From: Octopus sinensis
Taxonomy: Eukaryota
Direction: 5' to 3'
Length of the DNA: 64,000 nt
Assembly: GCF_006345805.1 (NCBI RefSeq)
Contig: NC_043000.1
Location: 146,010,001-146,074,000 of the forward strand
Below, piece after piece: positions 25,401-38,043 of the stretch. The notes beneath the pieces were generated by a model. It did no database searches, was not told the origin of the DNA, and worked only from the letters and a program-made list of their open reading frames with translations. The translations under genes were made by a program, and so were the position numbers. Each line of letters starts with the position of its first letter. The stretch's first letter is position 1.

Positions 25401-27399
25401 GCATGTTTGTATCTGTAAATACATATGTACGTACGTGCGTATGTATACAGTCTGGTGAGGGTGAGCAAGCCGAAACTGCTAATTCGCAGACACCTTTCTT
25501 GTAAAATTTATATAAATATGTACAATATTAAAAACTGATGAGTTATCGTTCATTCGAATTCCAAATTGACTTAAATGTAACCTTGCAATAAAGCAGACAT
25601 TACTATATATCTATGTGTGTAAATATATATATATATTTGAATGTGGCAGGGTAGGAAAGTGTATGTGAGTTGTGTCTATAATTACAAATAAACTTTCTTA
25701 TGTAAGTCTTTTCTCTGCTCAAGTTAATGCATCAATATATTTCATGTATATAAATATGTATTCATTTAGATATGATGCTATTTGTTTGTTCTGCAATATT
25801 TATTTGCCTCACTGGAGACAATGTAAGATAGTAAAAATCTGTATATCTGTTGTAACACCAAACTTTTTCTCAAACATTTATATTTTGAAAAACACTCACA
25901 GTTTAACAAACCATATTATTGTTATATTTCATTCATTTTAATCTCTGTATTCAATTTTTTTTTTGTTTCAACTTCAAGCATTATAAAAATCACAACTTAC
26001 ATTAAGATAAGATCTGTGTATTTGAGATAATAATCTTTATTATATAATAAATGATGTCTGGGAGGGTGATTGTGACGTAAGACATTCTCTAGTCCAGAAC
26101 TGCTGAAACAATAGAAAGTAGTATCTAGAAGAATATTAAAGAAGATGGAGGTTACTATATCATAGAAAGTCATAGAGTTACGTCTCCTTTGTCATTTTCA
26201 TAAATGCTGATATTTTTATGGTGTATAATACCTCAGAGGCTGAAGAAATATGGTGACATGGTAATCTGAATTATTTAGATAGAATAAACCCTAGAATGTT
26301 TCCAAATAACAACATTGATTAATACGAATGTCCGAGCTTATAAAGGCATATTTGTTTACTGAATATCGCAGGTTGATAACACACAATTCGATGAGCTTTT
26401 CATACTTATACAGCTGTTAGTGGAAGTTTCCACCATAAGCACAACATGTATGATTTTGTTTCGTGTTTGTTGACGAGAAGTGCTTAAACTGAGCCCACCT
26501 CTTGAATGATATTTATTTGTCATTGAAAATACAAACGCAAGAACACCATGGTGATATTCGATGTCAGCGTATATTGACGTTTGGGAGCATGAAAATGCAT
26601 CCAAAAAACTGTGCCCATCCTCTGGTCTTGGTTCTTCTTTCGAATAATGAAAGGAATAAAAGTTATTATAAATATATGTTTACATATCTAAAATATTTAT
26701 TTTGTGTATGATATATATAAGTTTAATAAGTACATATTTTCTTTTTCATAATTTATCCACCACGTATGTATGCGAAATTAATTTTATAAACCAGAATTTG
26801 CAAAATGGAAGAAAAGCGTAAAATACTTTTGAATTATTTAATAATGTTTGTAGTTAATGTCTGATGTTAAAACAAGATTTTTAAGGAATATGAAAATGTA
26901 GGTAAATGAAGTTGCTTGCATTAAATACAATACAAAAATATATTGATTTTTGTATACAGGAATAATGACAGAAATGCAAAGTTTCTAGAAACATATTTTG
27001 GGAAAGGGCTGTTTTAAATGAGATTCATTGCCTTTTAGTGCAAGAGAGTTTGGTGAAATGATAACAAAGGAATTGTCAGTTGGAAGTCAAATGAAAGCAA
27101 AGCAAATATTGTTAATGATGTTTCGTAAAGTACTACGCGCTTTGAAAATAATATATTCTTTTGAAAAAGAAAAAATGTGTTGCACCAATTATATTAGCAT
27201 TTCAGCATGAAAGGAAATGTAGAAAAAAAATTAGGTTTTAATCTATTGAAAAATAACTCCCTGCCTGAAGACACAATTATTGATCTAAAACTGGCTGTCT
27301 AATGAAGTCTATTGAATATCAAGCAATATATTTGACGGGTGACTCAAAGTTACGTCATTAGTTGTATACAGACAGATACAATCTCACATATATACATGT

Positions 27400-27420
27400 A
27401 TGGCTACAAACGTGTACATA

Positions 27421-27459
<39 letters not shown>

Positions 27460-27508
27460 GCACATATATATATATATACACACATATATTATATATATAT
27501 ATATACAT

Positions 27509-27559
<51 letters not shown>

Positions 27560-27585
27560 CACACACTAAGCACATATATATGTGA
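27400..27585. repeat. (TA)n/(CA)n microsatellite
   Basis: Directly visible. Confidence 0.96.
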
Positions 27586-28129
27586 CATTTAGAGGAATTT
27601 TTTTTTACTTTTACTCCCGTCTTACTTTGAAGATGAAATGTATGGTTTTCCTATTCTTTTTAATGCTGTGTATGAATCTAGCCATCAAAACCACCGGAAA
27701 TCATTCCATCTTTAGGTAAACTTTATATAGCTAATAGCCTATGGCAGGGAGCGCCTTTATTTACTACTTCGACCTGCTATCAAGAGTAGACAAACAGTTT
27801 CCCACTTCAAATGCGTGTTGATGTACATTTCACAAACTAAATGAATTGAATAACTTGAGTACCGGAATAACTTAGTTGGTTTCTATGGAGAATTAGAATA
27901 TCTATCCTATTCCAGATTTTAAAGGTTCTTTTGTGAATAAAATAATATTTCTCTGTTGACAATTTTTTTCTTTGTGAATCACATAAAAAGTCATTTATAG
28001 GACCATCGAACAGTAATAGAACTTATCCACAAAGTCGTCTGTAGACAGGCGTTTGTTTTGATGGCAAAGATACAAACGGTGGGCGTGGGAGGATGTGTGC
28101 TTAATTGCAAGCATCCATACACTTATCTA

Positions 28130-28144
28130 AGCACGCAAACACAC

Positions 28145-28175
<31 letters not shown>

Positions 28176-28254
28176 AACATGCACAAACATAAAGACTAAC
28201 ATACATATATAAATACACAAAAACACAGATATACATGCACACATACATACACAC

Positions 28255-28350
<96 letters not shown>

Positions 28351-28417
28351 ATATATATATATTTATTCTTTTATTTTATCTAGTTTCAGCTCACGAGCTG
28401 TGGCCATGCTGGGGCAC

Positions 28418-28461
<44 letters not shown>

Positions 28462-28462
28462 G
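28130..28462. repeat. Compound microsatellite enclosing a 45-bp minus-strand LINE/SINE tail (about 28378-28422)
   Basis: tctagtttcagctcacgagctgtggccatgctggggcactgcc is the reverse complement of the tail at 28815-28855. Confidence 0.85.
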
Positions 28463-28684
28463 TTTTGCATAGAAATAAACACAGAACAATACAAATGGAA
28501 ACACGCATACCTATTTAATATATAAATTTTAATATAAGTTAAATACACATCCATACACTTAAACAGTCATAGATGCATACATACACACATGCACACATAC
28601 ATGCATACACACATGTATACATACATGCATACACACATGCATACATACATACATACATGTCATAGACATACAAATACATGTAAA

Positions 28685-28862
28685 CAGGTGTCCCAGATGA
28701 ACCAACTTCACGGCAGGAGGTGCAGATGAGGGCAGCTGCAAGGAACTCTCTCATGAACCAAATGGCAATTGCTAAAAAGCATCTGTGAAGTAAAATCATG
28801 TAGCAACACCAAATGGCGGTGCCCCAGCATGGCCGCAGCTTGTGAGCTGAAACTAAAAAAAA
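28685..28862 (+). mobile_element. CR1/L2-type LINE extreme 3' end
   Basis: Reads GVPDEPTSRQEVQMRAAARNSL, then tail ggcggtgccccagcatggccgcagcttgtgagctgaaacta. Confidence 0.75.
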
Positions 28863-30095
28863 ATTAAAGAAATAAAAAAATACATCTTGTTCCTCGTATA
28901 ACGTAAATACTTCCATTAGATTGAATCTGCTTTGTAGAATTATAAACTAAATTGTATGAATCATGCTTAATAATTAAAAGGAAATAAAATAAGACAGGGT
29001 CAGGCAAGAATACAAACAAGATTCAAGATGTAGAAGTACAGAATCAGGTGATGATTAGAGAGTAGCAACCTAATTTAAATGAAAGAGAGAACTTGTTCAG
29101 GCATTAAATATAATAGATTCGAATGTTATATATCTACGTGTAAAACGTATTTTGCAGATAGGAGAATGTCTAAATATGGTCCAACATAGTATCTATTTTT
29201 AAGTGAGGCCAAACTATGGTTAACGGAGGTAGGGAATTAATCATTTGTGTTGATTTAAGTTAAAAGATAATTGGTGTAGTTTTAATAATTAAATTTACTC
29301 TTATGTATAATTGCATACAAGAACTGTTGGTATTTAAGGTGCTATTATCAGTAGGGGATTAGGCATTTTTTCAATATGGCCTAATACGTTCGCTTTCACT
29401 ATAGTGACATCAAAATATGGTTAACAAGGTAGTGAATTTTTTACTATATTGATCTGGATAGTAGAATATCAGGATATGTTCTAATACCTTATCTTTTACT
29501 AATGTAAGACGGAATTATGAGTTTTTTCTAATATTGTTCCTCAATACATTGTATACTTAGAGGTGAAACGATGGTGTAACCATGATGTGCAGGTGATCTG
29601 ATGAGCTAACATTCCTTACCTACTTCGTTTTGTAATATACAATTGTAATATATATAATGCATAATATGAATATTAGTGCACTAATATGAATATTAGTGCT
29701 GACATGTAAACAATTTATTATACACTAAAATCAGTATTACACCATGAGGCTGTAAAAAGACCATAACCATAAGGATGGTAAGTCGTTAGATAAATATATT
29801 CACCTCTCATACATCCGACATTTTATGGTTCATATACTCCTTAAAAAATTATACCATTTATCGGATCTCCTGTATTTTAGCTTCATAGGACACTGCATTA
29901 TACAAATCCGTATTTGATGACAATGCGGTCTGCTAGTTGAATTGGCTAGGAGACCTATCTATGAATCTATATATTACACACAAACAATCATACATGCACA
30001 CACATATACATATACACATACGCACTGCAATACACACACATACTTACACAAATACACACACTCGCACATATATCTATCATCTATCTATCTATTTA

Positions 30096-30152
<57 letters not shown>

Positions 30153-30490
30153 TGTGTGTGTGTGTGTGTGTCGCGCACATACACACCTTATTGCTTAACT
30201 TTGATACCTAAATTCTGTTGTCTAATTATAACTTATCCGCGTTGCGTATCCTTTTCAAATGTTTCATAATTCCGCAATACTCATTTATATTTAATTTCAT
30301 TGTTCTGATTTTCAAAGATATTCCAAGACTGTTTATGTTTGGCGTTGTGAAGTTATTACAGTACACTTTCGTTTCTGTGTTTTGCAGCCATCGGCAACTA
30401 ATTATAGGACTGATGACGTGACAAAAGAATTCCTATCGCAGGATTGAAAATTATTTAACCATTAACCACTTACTTTTTACTTTTTATTAC

Positions 30491-30853
30491 GTGGGAGGCG
30501 CAATGGCCCAGTGGTTAGGGCAGCGGACTCGCGGTCGTAGGATCGCGGTGTCGATTCCCAGGCCGGGCGTTGTGAGTGTTTATTGAGCGAAAACACCTAA
30601 AGCTCCAGGTGATCCCTGCTGTACTCTTTCACCACAACTTTCTCTCACTCTTACTTCCTGTTTCTGTTGTACCTGTATTTCAAAGGACCGACCTTGTCAC
30701 TCTCTGTGTCACGCTGAATATCCCCGAGAATTACGTTAAGGGTGCACGTGTCTGTGGAGTGCTCAGCCACTTACACGTTAATATCACGAGCAAGCTGTTC
30801 CGTTGATCGGATCAACCGGAACCCGCGTCGTCGTAACCGACGGAGTGCTTCCA
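30491..30853 (+). mobile_element. tRNA-derived SINE, family C (OR2-like)
   Basis: tRNA head ggaggcgcaatggcccagtggttagggcagcggactcgcggtc...tcgattccc, then body ccttgtcactctctgtgtcacgctgaat...gtcgtcgtaaccgacggagtgc. Confidence 0.88.
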
Positions 30854-31510
30854 TCCATACTTTCTTTACGTAGTTTATCTATCCTTTGATTCTTAGTAAT
30901 TTGTTCATAAATGCTCCATATGTACTCTGTTCATTTTCGTTTTCTGTTTATTTTTTGTATATATACGATCGTGCAGTTAACAACAGTCTCCCTTGTTCTG
31001 ATTTGCTTTGGTGTTCTATGTCACATTCCACCGTAATACCTAATACGTTTTAAACGCATGACAAGTGACTTCAAACTGTCTTTATTTTTCGACGAGCGTA
31101 AAACAATTAACCATCAAATTTATGCTACCATTGGAATTATATATTACATTAGATGTGTGAAGTATGATGTATGGCTAGTAAGATTATTGCATATTAAGTC
31201 GTTCTTTTTAATTCTAATGTCTTTAAAATGTATAGAAAATGTTAATTTGGAATTAATTTTGATGCTTGTTCTCTGTTTACGTGTGAATGCTTTTGGTTGT
31301 TTTTGTTAGGTTTTTTTTTATATTTCATTGGTTAGATAAGGAAGTCATCGTTCAAAGGACACAACATATATATTGGTGTGTTTTTTATGTGGCAGTTGTG
31401 TATGCTCAGAAGGGATAAGTATGCTTTTGTATTATTCTTCAGCCAGAAGGGAGGGAGGGAAGTAGCATGGGTTCATTTTTGTTAAAATGTCTAAATTATA
31501 GATATGTATA

Positions 31511-31910
31511 GGCGTAGGAGTGGCTGTGTGGTAAGTAGGTTGCGTACGAGCCACATGGTTCCAGGTTCAGTCCCACTACGCAAGTGTCATCTACTATAGC
31601 CTCGGGCCGACCAAAGCCTTGTGAGTGGATTTGGTAGACGGAAACTGAAAGAAGCTCGTCGTATATATATGTATATATATATATATGTATGTGTGTGTGT
31701 ATGTTTGTGTGCCTGTGTTTGTCCCCCACCCCAACATCACTTGACAACCGATGCTGGTGTGTTTACGTCACCGTAACTTAGCGGTTCTGCAAAATATGTC
31801 GATAGAATAAGTGCTAGGCTTACAAAGAATAAGTCCTGGGATCGATTTGCTCGACTAAAGGCGGTGCTCCAGCATGGTCACGTTCACATGACTGAAACAA
31901 GTAAAAGAGT
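31511..31910 (+). mobile_element. Family-A SINE
   Basis: Same head, body and tail as 18067-18515. Confidence 0.92.
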
Positions 31911-33189
31911 ATGTGTATAGTGTGCAGAAATGTCTTATGAACAATTTCACTTAATGAAGTAAAACCACAGACTGTGTTGTCTTAGTTTTAATAACTAAAT
32001 TATTTTTAGCTTTGAAATCTCTCGTTACAAATATTTTTTATCGCCCTCTGTGAAACTTATAGGCAGTATGGCTAAGGAAATTTCACATTGCATTTCTCAT
32101 ATTTTTCAAACTAAATCTCTATAAACACAAGAGTTGTCACCACTTATTTATCATCGTCAAATAATTTCTGATCAATTGCCAAGTAAACTATTTCCTTGCT
32201 GCCTGCAAATAGAGGTTTGAAAAACATAGGGCAGCCTTTATACATACTCTATTGAACTGTGGGCACCTTGCTGAAAATCAACAGTAAATATTTGGCTATA
32301 TTTTATTGGAAATACTTGACGTTGCAGATCTATGGAGGCCTTCAAGTAATATCGTAGATTTAAACCGCATAAATTTACGCGTATAGTGACATGGCCTTAA
32401 GGTTCCGATATACTGCTCGTTTTCACATGGTTGAGCCTTCGTATGTGCTAAATATAACGAAAATACTGTACAGTATATTCGTTATATGGATACTGTATAA
32501 TTTGCTTACATTGACCTTTTTCTAGTACATATAAATTTGTATATACATGTGTATATATACATGATGTATAACCACTGAAAGAGAATATTGAAGAATATAA
32601 TAACAAAGTGTAACAAAAATGCATATCATTCAAACGATAAGGTGATTTCTCAATCTCTATGAATAGCTCCTCCTTCCATTTCCTAAGCGAGTGAAGTTTA
32701 CAGCTGCACAAGAAACGAAAAAATCACCTGTATAAATATTTCGGTGACAAAAGATCACTACTCTGTAAATATGCTTGCTCAACAGAGGAAACGAGACGGC
32801 ATAAATAGACGCACAAGAGAAATTAATTTTTAATGGTGGTGGAAACATTAATTTCGCAAATAAAGTCTGATAACCACTGAAAAAGAAATGACATGATGTA
32901 AATGAGATGATATTATTCTGGATATAATATCGATGTTGACATATAAAAATGAAAAAAAAAAAAATCTTACAAGTTGTTAATTAAAGCGACAGCAAACACT
33001 GCGTTATACTTCAGAAAACAGTTGTTAGAAACTCGCAAATGAAAACCATCAGAATACAAGTGAAAATATTCTTAGATAAAATACTGAAACTCTTCTTCTT
33101 ATGTACGCTGAGGCAAATATTTCAGATCATGAGAATATATGGATTTGCACGAGTGTTTGCATCGATATGACTATTCTTTTAAATTTTCA

Positions 33190-33515
33190 GCTCGAAGACT
33201 GTCGCTATACTATGGCACCACCAATGTAATCACCTTTTCAACTTTTGGTCAAGTAGGGAGGTCGACACTGGTGCACCTTTTTGAGATTTTTGCCGTGATA
33301 TAGCTTCATCCGGGACCTTATACAATAGGAGATCAATTTATTTCTGCAAAACATCTAACCCTATTCCATGAAGATCCATCAGATGTGTTGACAAGATATT
33401 AAATAGCTGCGCGCCCTTGAATCTCAAGTTATTGTAGTACATGGTCCTCACCCTAGGCTAGATAGCTGGGATGTTTGAGAACAGTGGAGTGACGACCAGT
33501 TCGTGGGGTTGGTAT
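33190..33515 (-). mobile_element. CR1/L2-type LINE 3' end
   Basis: Minus strand reads PRTGRHSTV and FKGAQLFNILSTHLMDLHGIGLDVLQK*IDLLLYKVPDE. Homologous to 24770-25000 and 28685-28760. Confidence 0.75.
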
Positions 33516-33520
33516 GTATA

Positions 33521-34600
33521 TACGAGTGTGACTTGAAACTTTCACAGGCTGACCGAGATACTTTCATTGAAAGTGACTCAATGAGGTTTAATTTTCAACA
33601 CAGTTCTGCTTGCAGTCCACATACTTCTTCCGTTGATGTTGAATTACTTAGATACCATTAGTAAAGGTGCTTTCATTCTGTTCGTCAAAACCTCATCACC
33701 GACAGATATGACGTCATCATCACTGCGATATTGGTTCATAGCCAACTGTTAGTAGTCAGATGATGCCAAATCTGGAGGATAAAGAGGGTGATCAACCAGT
33801 TGAAAACCAGTTACACACACCAGTCATTGAAACCAAGAACTCGTGTTCAAATGAAACAAAACAACTTTTATTAGTTTTCTTAGCAGTTTGGACTTGATAG
33901 ACTTTCGTAACTGCTACATGTTGGTATATTGTTCATGTGACCCTTTTGAAAATAGTCAATAAGCAGAACACCCCTTGCATCCCGAAAGATAGGTCATCAA
34001 CATCTCTTAAGACGAAACGACTTTGGCATTCTTTGGAGCAAGTGAGGAGGCGTGTTTCCACTGCATGGATTATCCATTTTTGTCTGGATCAAAGTGGGGA
34101 ACACAGTGTTCAAGGGAACCAGCCTCAAACAATGTCAGATTTTCCCGTGATGTTATCAATCAGTTGCGCTTTTAATTAATTCTTAGAAGATGTGACAGCC
34201 ACCGAGCACTAAGCAGAAACCTTCGTTATATAAAGTTCATTGTGCAGAATATTCTCAAATTTTCAGCTCTCTCGAGGTATATTGCTAATAGCATCAGTCA
34301 GTTGATTTCTAGTCAATCACCTATCATACATCACCATGTACTGAAGACGATCAATGTGGTGACAGTTGCAGGACGTCCAGACCTTGAATCAATTAAAAAC
34401 TCTCCCTTCACCTCCTAAATTCAACTGCCCACTTTTGAACTGATGCTACATCTTCTAATGTAGAAATCATATGTGCATGAATGTATTTAGGGCTAAACTC
34501 TTTTTTCTGCAAGGACTTCATAATGCCACGATGCTACGTTTGTTTGATTTTCAAGAGAAGGCGTTACTAGTTACTTCTGACGTCTTCTTTCATCAGTCAG
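33521..34600 (-). mobile_element. Mariner (DD34D-type) remnant; right boundary approximate
   Basis: Starts tacgagtgtgacttgaaact (mariner-like terminus). Minus strand reads DHPLYPPDLASSDY. Confidence 0.75.
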
Positions 34601-34854
34601 ATGACAGTTTAACTAGAAAAAAACAATGTAGTTTTTTAAAACATCGGTGGATATTAATCAATGCAAGATTTCACAGATCTAGCATCACTCATTCATACTC
34701 TCTTGTGTTTGTATGTTCTCTTTCTATTTTGAATTTAGAGTAAATTTTGACCAGCCTCCTACATTGTAGCAATGTTGTGAAACAAAACATCTTGTTTTGA
34801 CCTCATGCTTTAAATCTTAAATTTGTATGTATGTATTTATGTACGCATGCACTT

Positions 34855-35050
34855 TTAAGCTTGGCTGAATGGTTATGAATGTCGTTTTGTAATCACGAGA
34901 TTCTTGTCTATAGCCTCATGTCACCCACAACTTGTGAAAGTAATTGGGTTTGACGGCAACTGCGTAGAATGCCCCACGAATGGGTTATATCTGTAATTCA
35001 AATACTAGCCTTGTCAGATTTCTCGACACTAATTCCACCTACTGATTCCG
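34855..35050 (+). mobile_element. Diverged tRNA-derived SINE
   Basis: Head ttggctgaatggttatg and body tagccttgtcagatt resembling family C. Confidence 0.5.
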
Positions 35051-35119
35051 AATTACATTAATTCGTTTGACTTTGGAATGCCTTTCTACTTACATGTGTA
35101 CATGCAAACATAAATATAT

Positions 35120-35500
<381 letters not shown>

Positions 35501-37774
35501 TTTGTGTGAAGAGCGAAAAAGAAGGAAGAGAAACAGGAAAGTGAAAGAGATTCATACTGAATACATATTCTTGACACCCATGCTGGCCAAAGTTGTGTGA
35601 TCGCAATAAAGTGAATGAAGGGAAGAATTACACCATCAAACATTGGAAATACGTCAGTGTTTCATTAGATTCATTAAATTCATTAAATTCTATATTTTCA
35701 GATAATTTGAACGCGTTTATTCCATTTTGTGTCTTCAATCTACACCTACATCAACGCATATGCATTTTCGTCTTATCTGACCAATCCATCAGGTCTCAGC
35801 AACGCACTATTTTATGGAAAAGAAAATCCTTGTTCCAAAGTTGCCCTTCAGTCTACCTATGTTCTTCATATATATTCTTTGTATTCTTCTATATTCCAGA
35901 AATCGGAGCCATGCACAGCGATAATCTAAAATTTCTCTTCTAATCCATCATAATAAATGTTCAGTAATTTACTCTTTTACCAGTTGTATACTTATTAGGT
36001 GATTCACTTTTCATGGATCCTGCTCTAGTCAGGTATACGCTCCACACACGAAAATTAGCTAGCGTACCCTCAATACAATCATCTAATACAGTGAATAAGT
36101 GTCGACAACGAATGTTGTGCCTCAATTGTCCTTTTCCTAGATTATAATTCTTGGAGTTCTTCATTTCATTTTGAATCTGATCTAGAACACTTTGAATTAC
36201 ATGCACTTGTGTACCAACTTAGTTACTGTAGGTAACATCACCTGAGTCACTTAATGTTCATCGTAGACACTTTTTGTACTACTTACAATGATATGGTGCA
36301 TCAGTACCGTTTATTTTTATTCAATAATTTCTCAATAATTTGCAATATGTTTCTCGAATCCTATTCAAAGTCGAATTCAGTTTACATGAATTTTTTTCCT
36401 CTAAAATGTTCTTAAATGAAAGTTGTTCGGAGTCCATTTCGCGAAATATATCAGTTATCACATTTATCGAATTTTTAATATGATTTTTATTTTGAAAGTT
36501 TTACACCAAATATAATCTGCAAAAGATTTATGAGAAGCTAAACTATTAATGGAACATGCTTCTTTTCAGTTAATATAAGTTATACAGTTTTTTTATATGC
36601 TTTCATGATATTTATATTCCCGTTTTCTTTTTGCCACAGTTTAAAGTATACTTTGAAAGTATTGGACGAAGAATATTTTGGTTGACTACAGTTTTATAAA
36701 TCAGATGTGTAACAGGAATAATTTAAAATGAACTTTGTATTTATAACCCTAGTGTTTATAAACCCGTACAGCATCTTACAAGAATTACTAAGATGTTAAC
36801 ATATTTCAGTAGCAGCACCAGGACAAAGCATTGTAATATGCATGAAGATTGAAGCAATTCTCATTATATTTCCTCCTAAGAAAGGCTTCCCGATGCACTC
36901 TGTGTTATTAGAACATCATTGAGAAAATTGGTGAGGTTTAAGTAACTCGTGGCCGTATTTGTGAGTGATAGGATACAAAATGGTAATTTGGATGCTAGAA
37001 CAGCAGGTCAGACCCGTTGCCATAATTTGGTGCCAAGGAGTGCCTCAGAAACTAATTGGGTGGGTACTAATTTTTATTGAGGTGTTATTTTTGTAAAATG
37101 TATTTTCTAAATCTGTGGGTGTACCATTGAATAGTGACGGAACGCTGCCGTCCAGTGCATCCCCTTAGCACGGCCATGATGCAGTGCTAGCACGGTAATC
37201 CTCACCGATGGTCATGGAGTCGGGGCAATGAGAGGAGTATGGTTGTGAATACAAGAGACCGAAAAGTGGTTCTTTTGAAAAATATTCCTGCAGTTACGTT
37301 ACCCGACAGGGATCGTTTTGCAGAGACCAAGCAATTTTTTCACGTTTAAGCGCTTCTTCTCTGCAATAAGAAATTATGGCTTTGCTACTACGAAAATCGA
37401 GCAATAAGGACGAAAATCGAGCAATAAAGTACAATGATGGTTGCTCCTGAGAGATCCCAATAGAAGAGTGGCGTGAAGATTTTATCTACACGACACTCTC
37501 AGGAATAATGAGTGAGGATGGATGGATGGCTGAATGAATGAATGGATGATCATTGCCACAAAAATGATAGTCAACTAAATGAAACTTATTTCCCTCAATT
37601 TACGATATCAATATTTACATGCTTTTGGAAGTTACTTTCTTTGATTACCTGTGTCGCTCAGACACAAAATGTTGTCCAGAAGCCAACCAGTAGGAACTTA
37701 TGATAGAACAAAGTGTAAAATGTTTGTTCGATGCCTCGATACACGTAGACTGAATATGTTAAACCAACTGATTA

Positions 37775-37925
37775 CATACATTATTTACAATTGACAGATA
37801 TTTGTCCTCATCTTGTTTGTTGCTAACACATTTCGGCTAATATACTCTCCAGCCTTCATCAGGTGTCTTGGGGAAATTTCGAACCTGGGTTCTCATTCCT
37901 AAGGTATTTTTTGATGTTGTTGTTG

Positions 37926-37963
<38 letters not shown>

Positions 37964-38043
37964 GTTATTCAAGTCACTCACTAGAATCGACCTCAGAATC
38001 TTGGGGTTAGTAGCCCCCGCTCTTAACCACTACGCCATATGCC
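37775..38043 (-). mobile_element. tRNA-head SINE + (AAT/AAC)n + hammerhead-like module
   Basis: Minus strand: ggcatatggcgtagtggttaagagc (A box), ggggg-ctactaa-cccc anticodon-like arm, ggtcgattct (B-box-like), microsatellite, then gacac-CTGATGA-a-ggctg...tagcc-GAAA-t-gtgtt. Confidence 0.75.

Noticed and set aside
30491-30570. tRNA-like sequences (also 37975-38043 and 55620-55699)
   Set aside because: They lack a complete acceptor stem and run straight into SINE bodies, so they are SINE heads rather than tRNA genes.
35961-36206. 81-aa minus-strand ORF
   Set aside because: No recognisable family, an in-frame stop just upstream, and no convincing splice acceptor.
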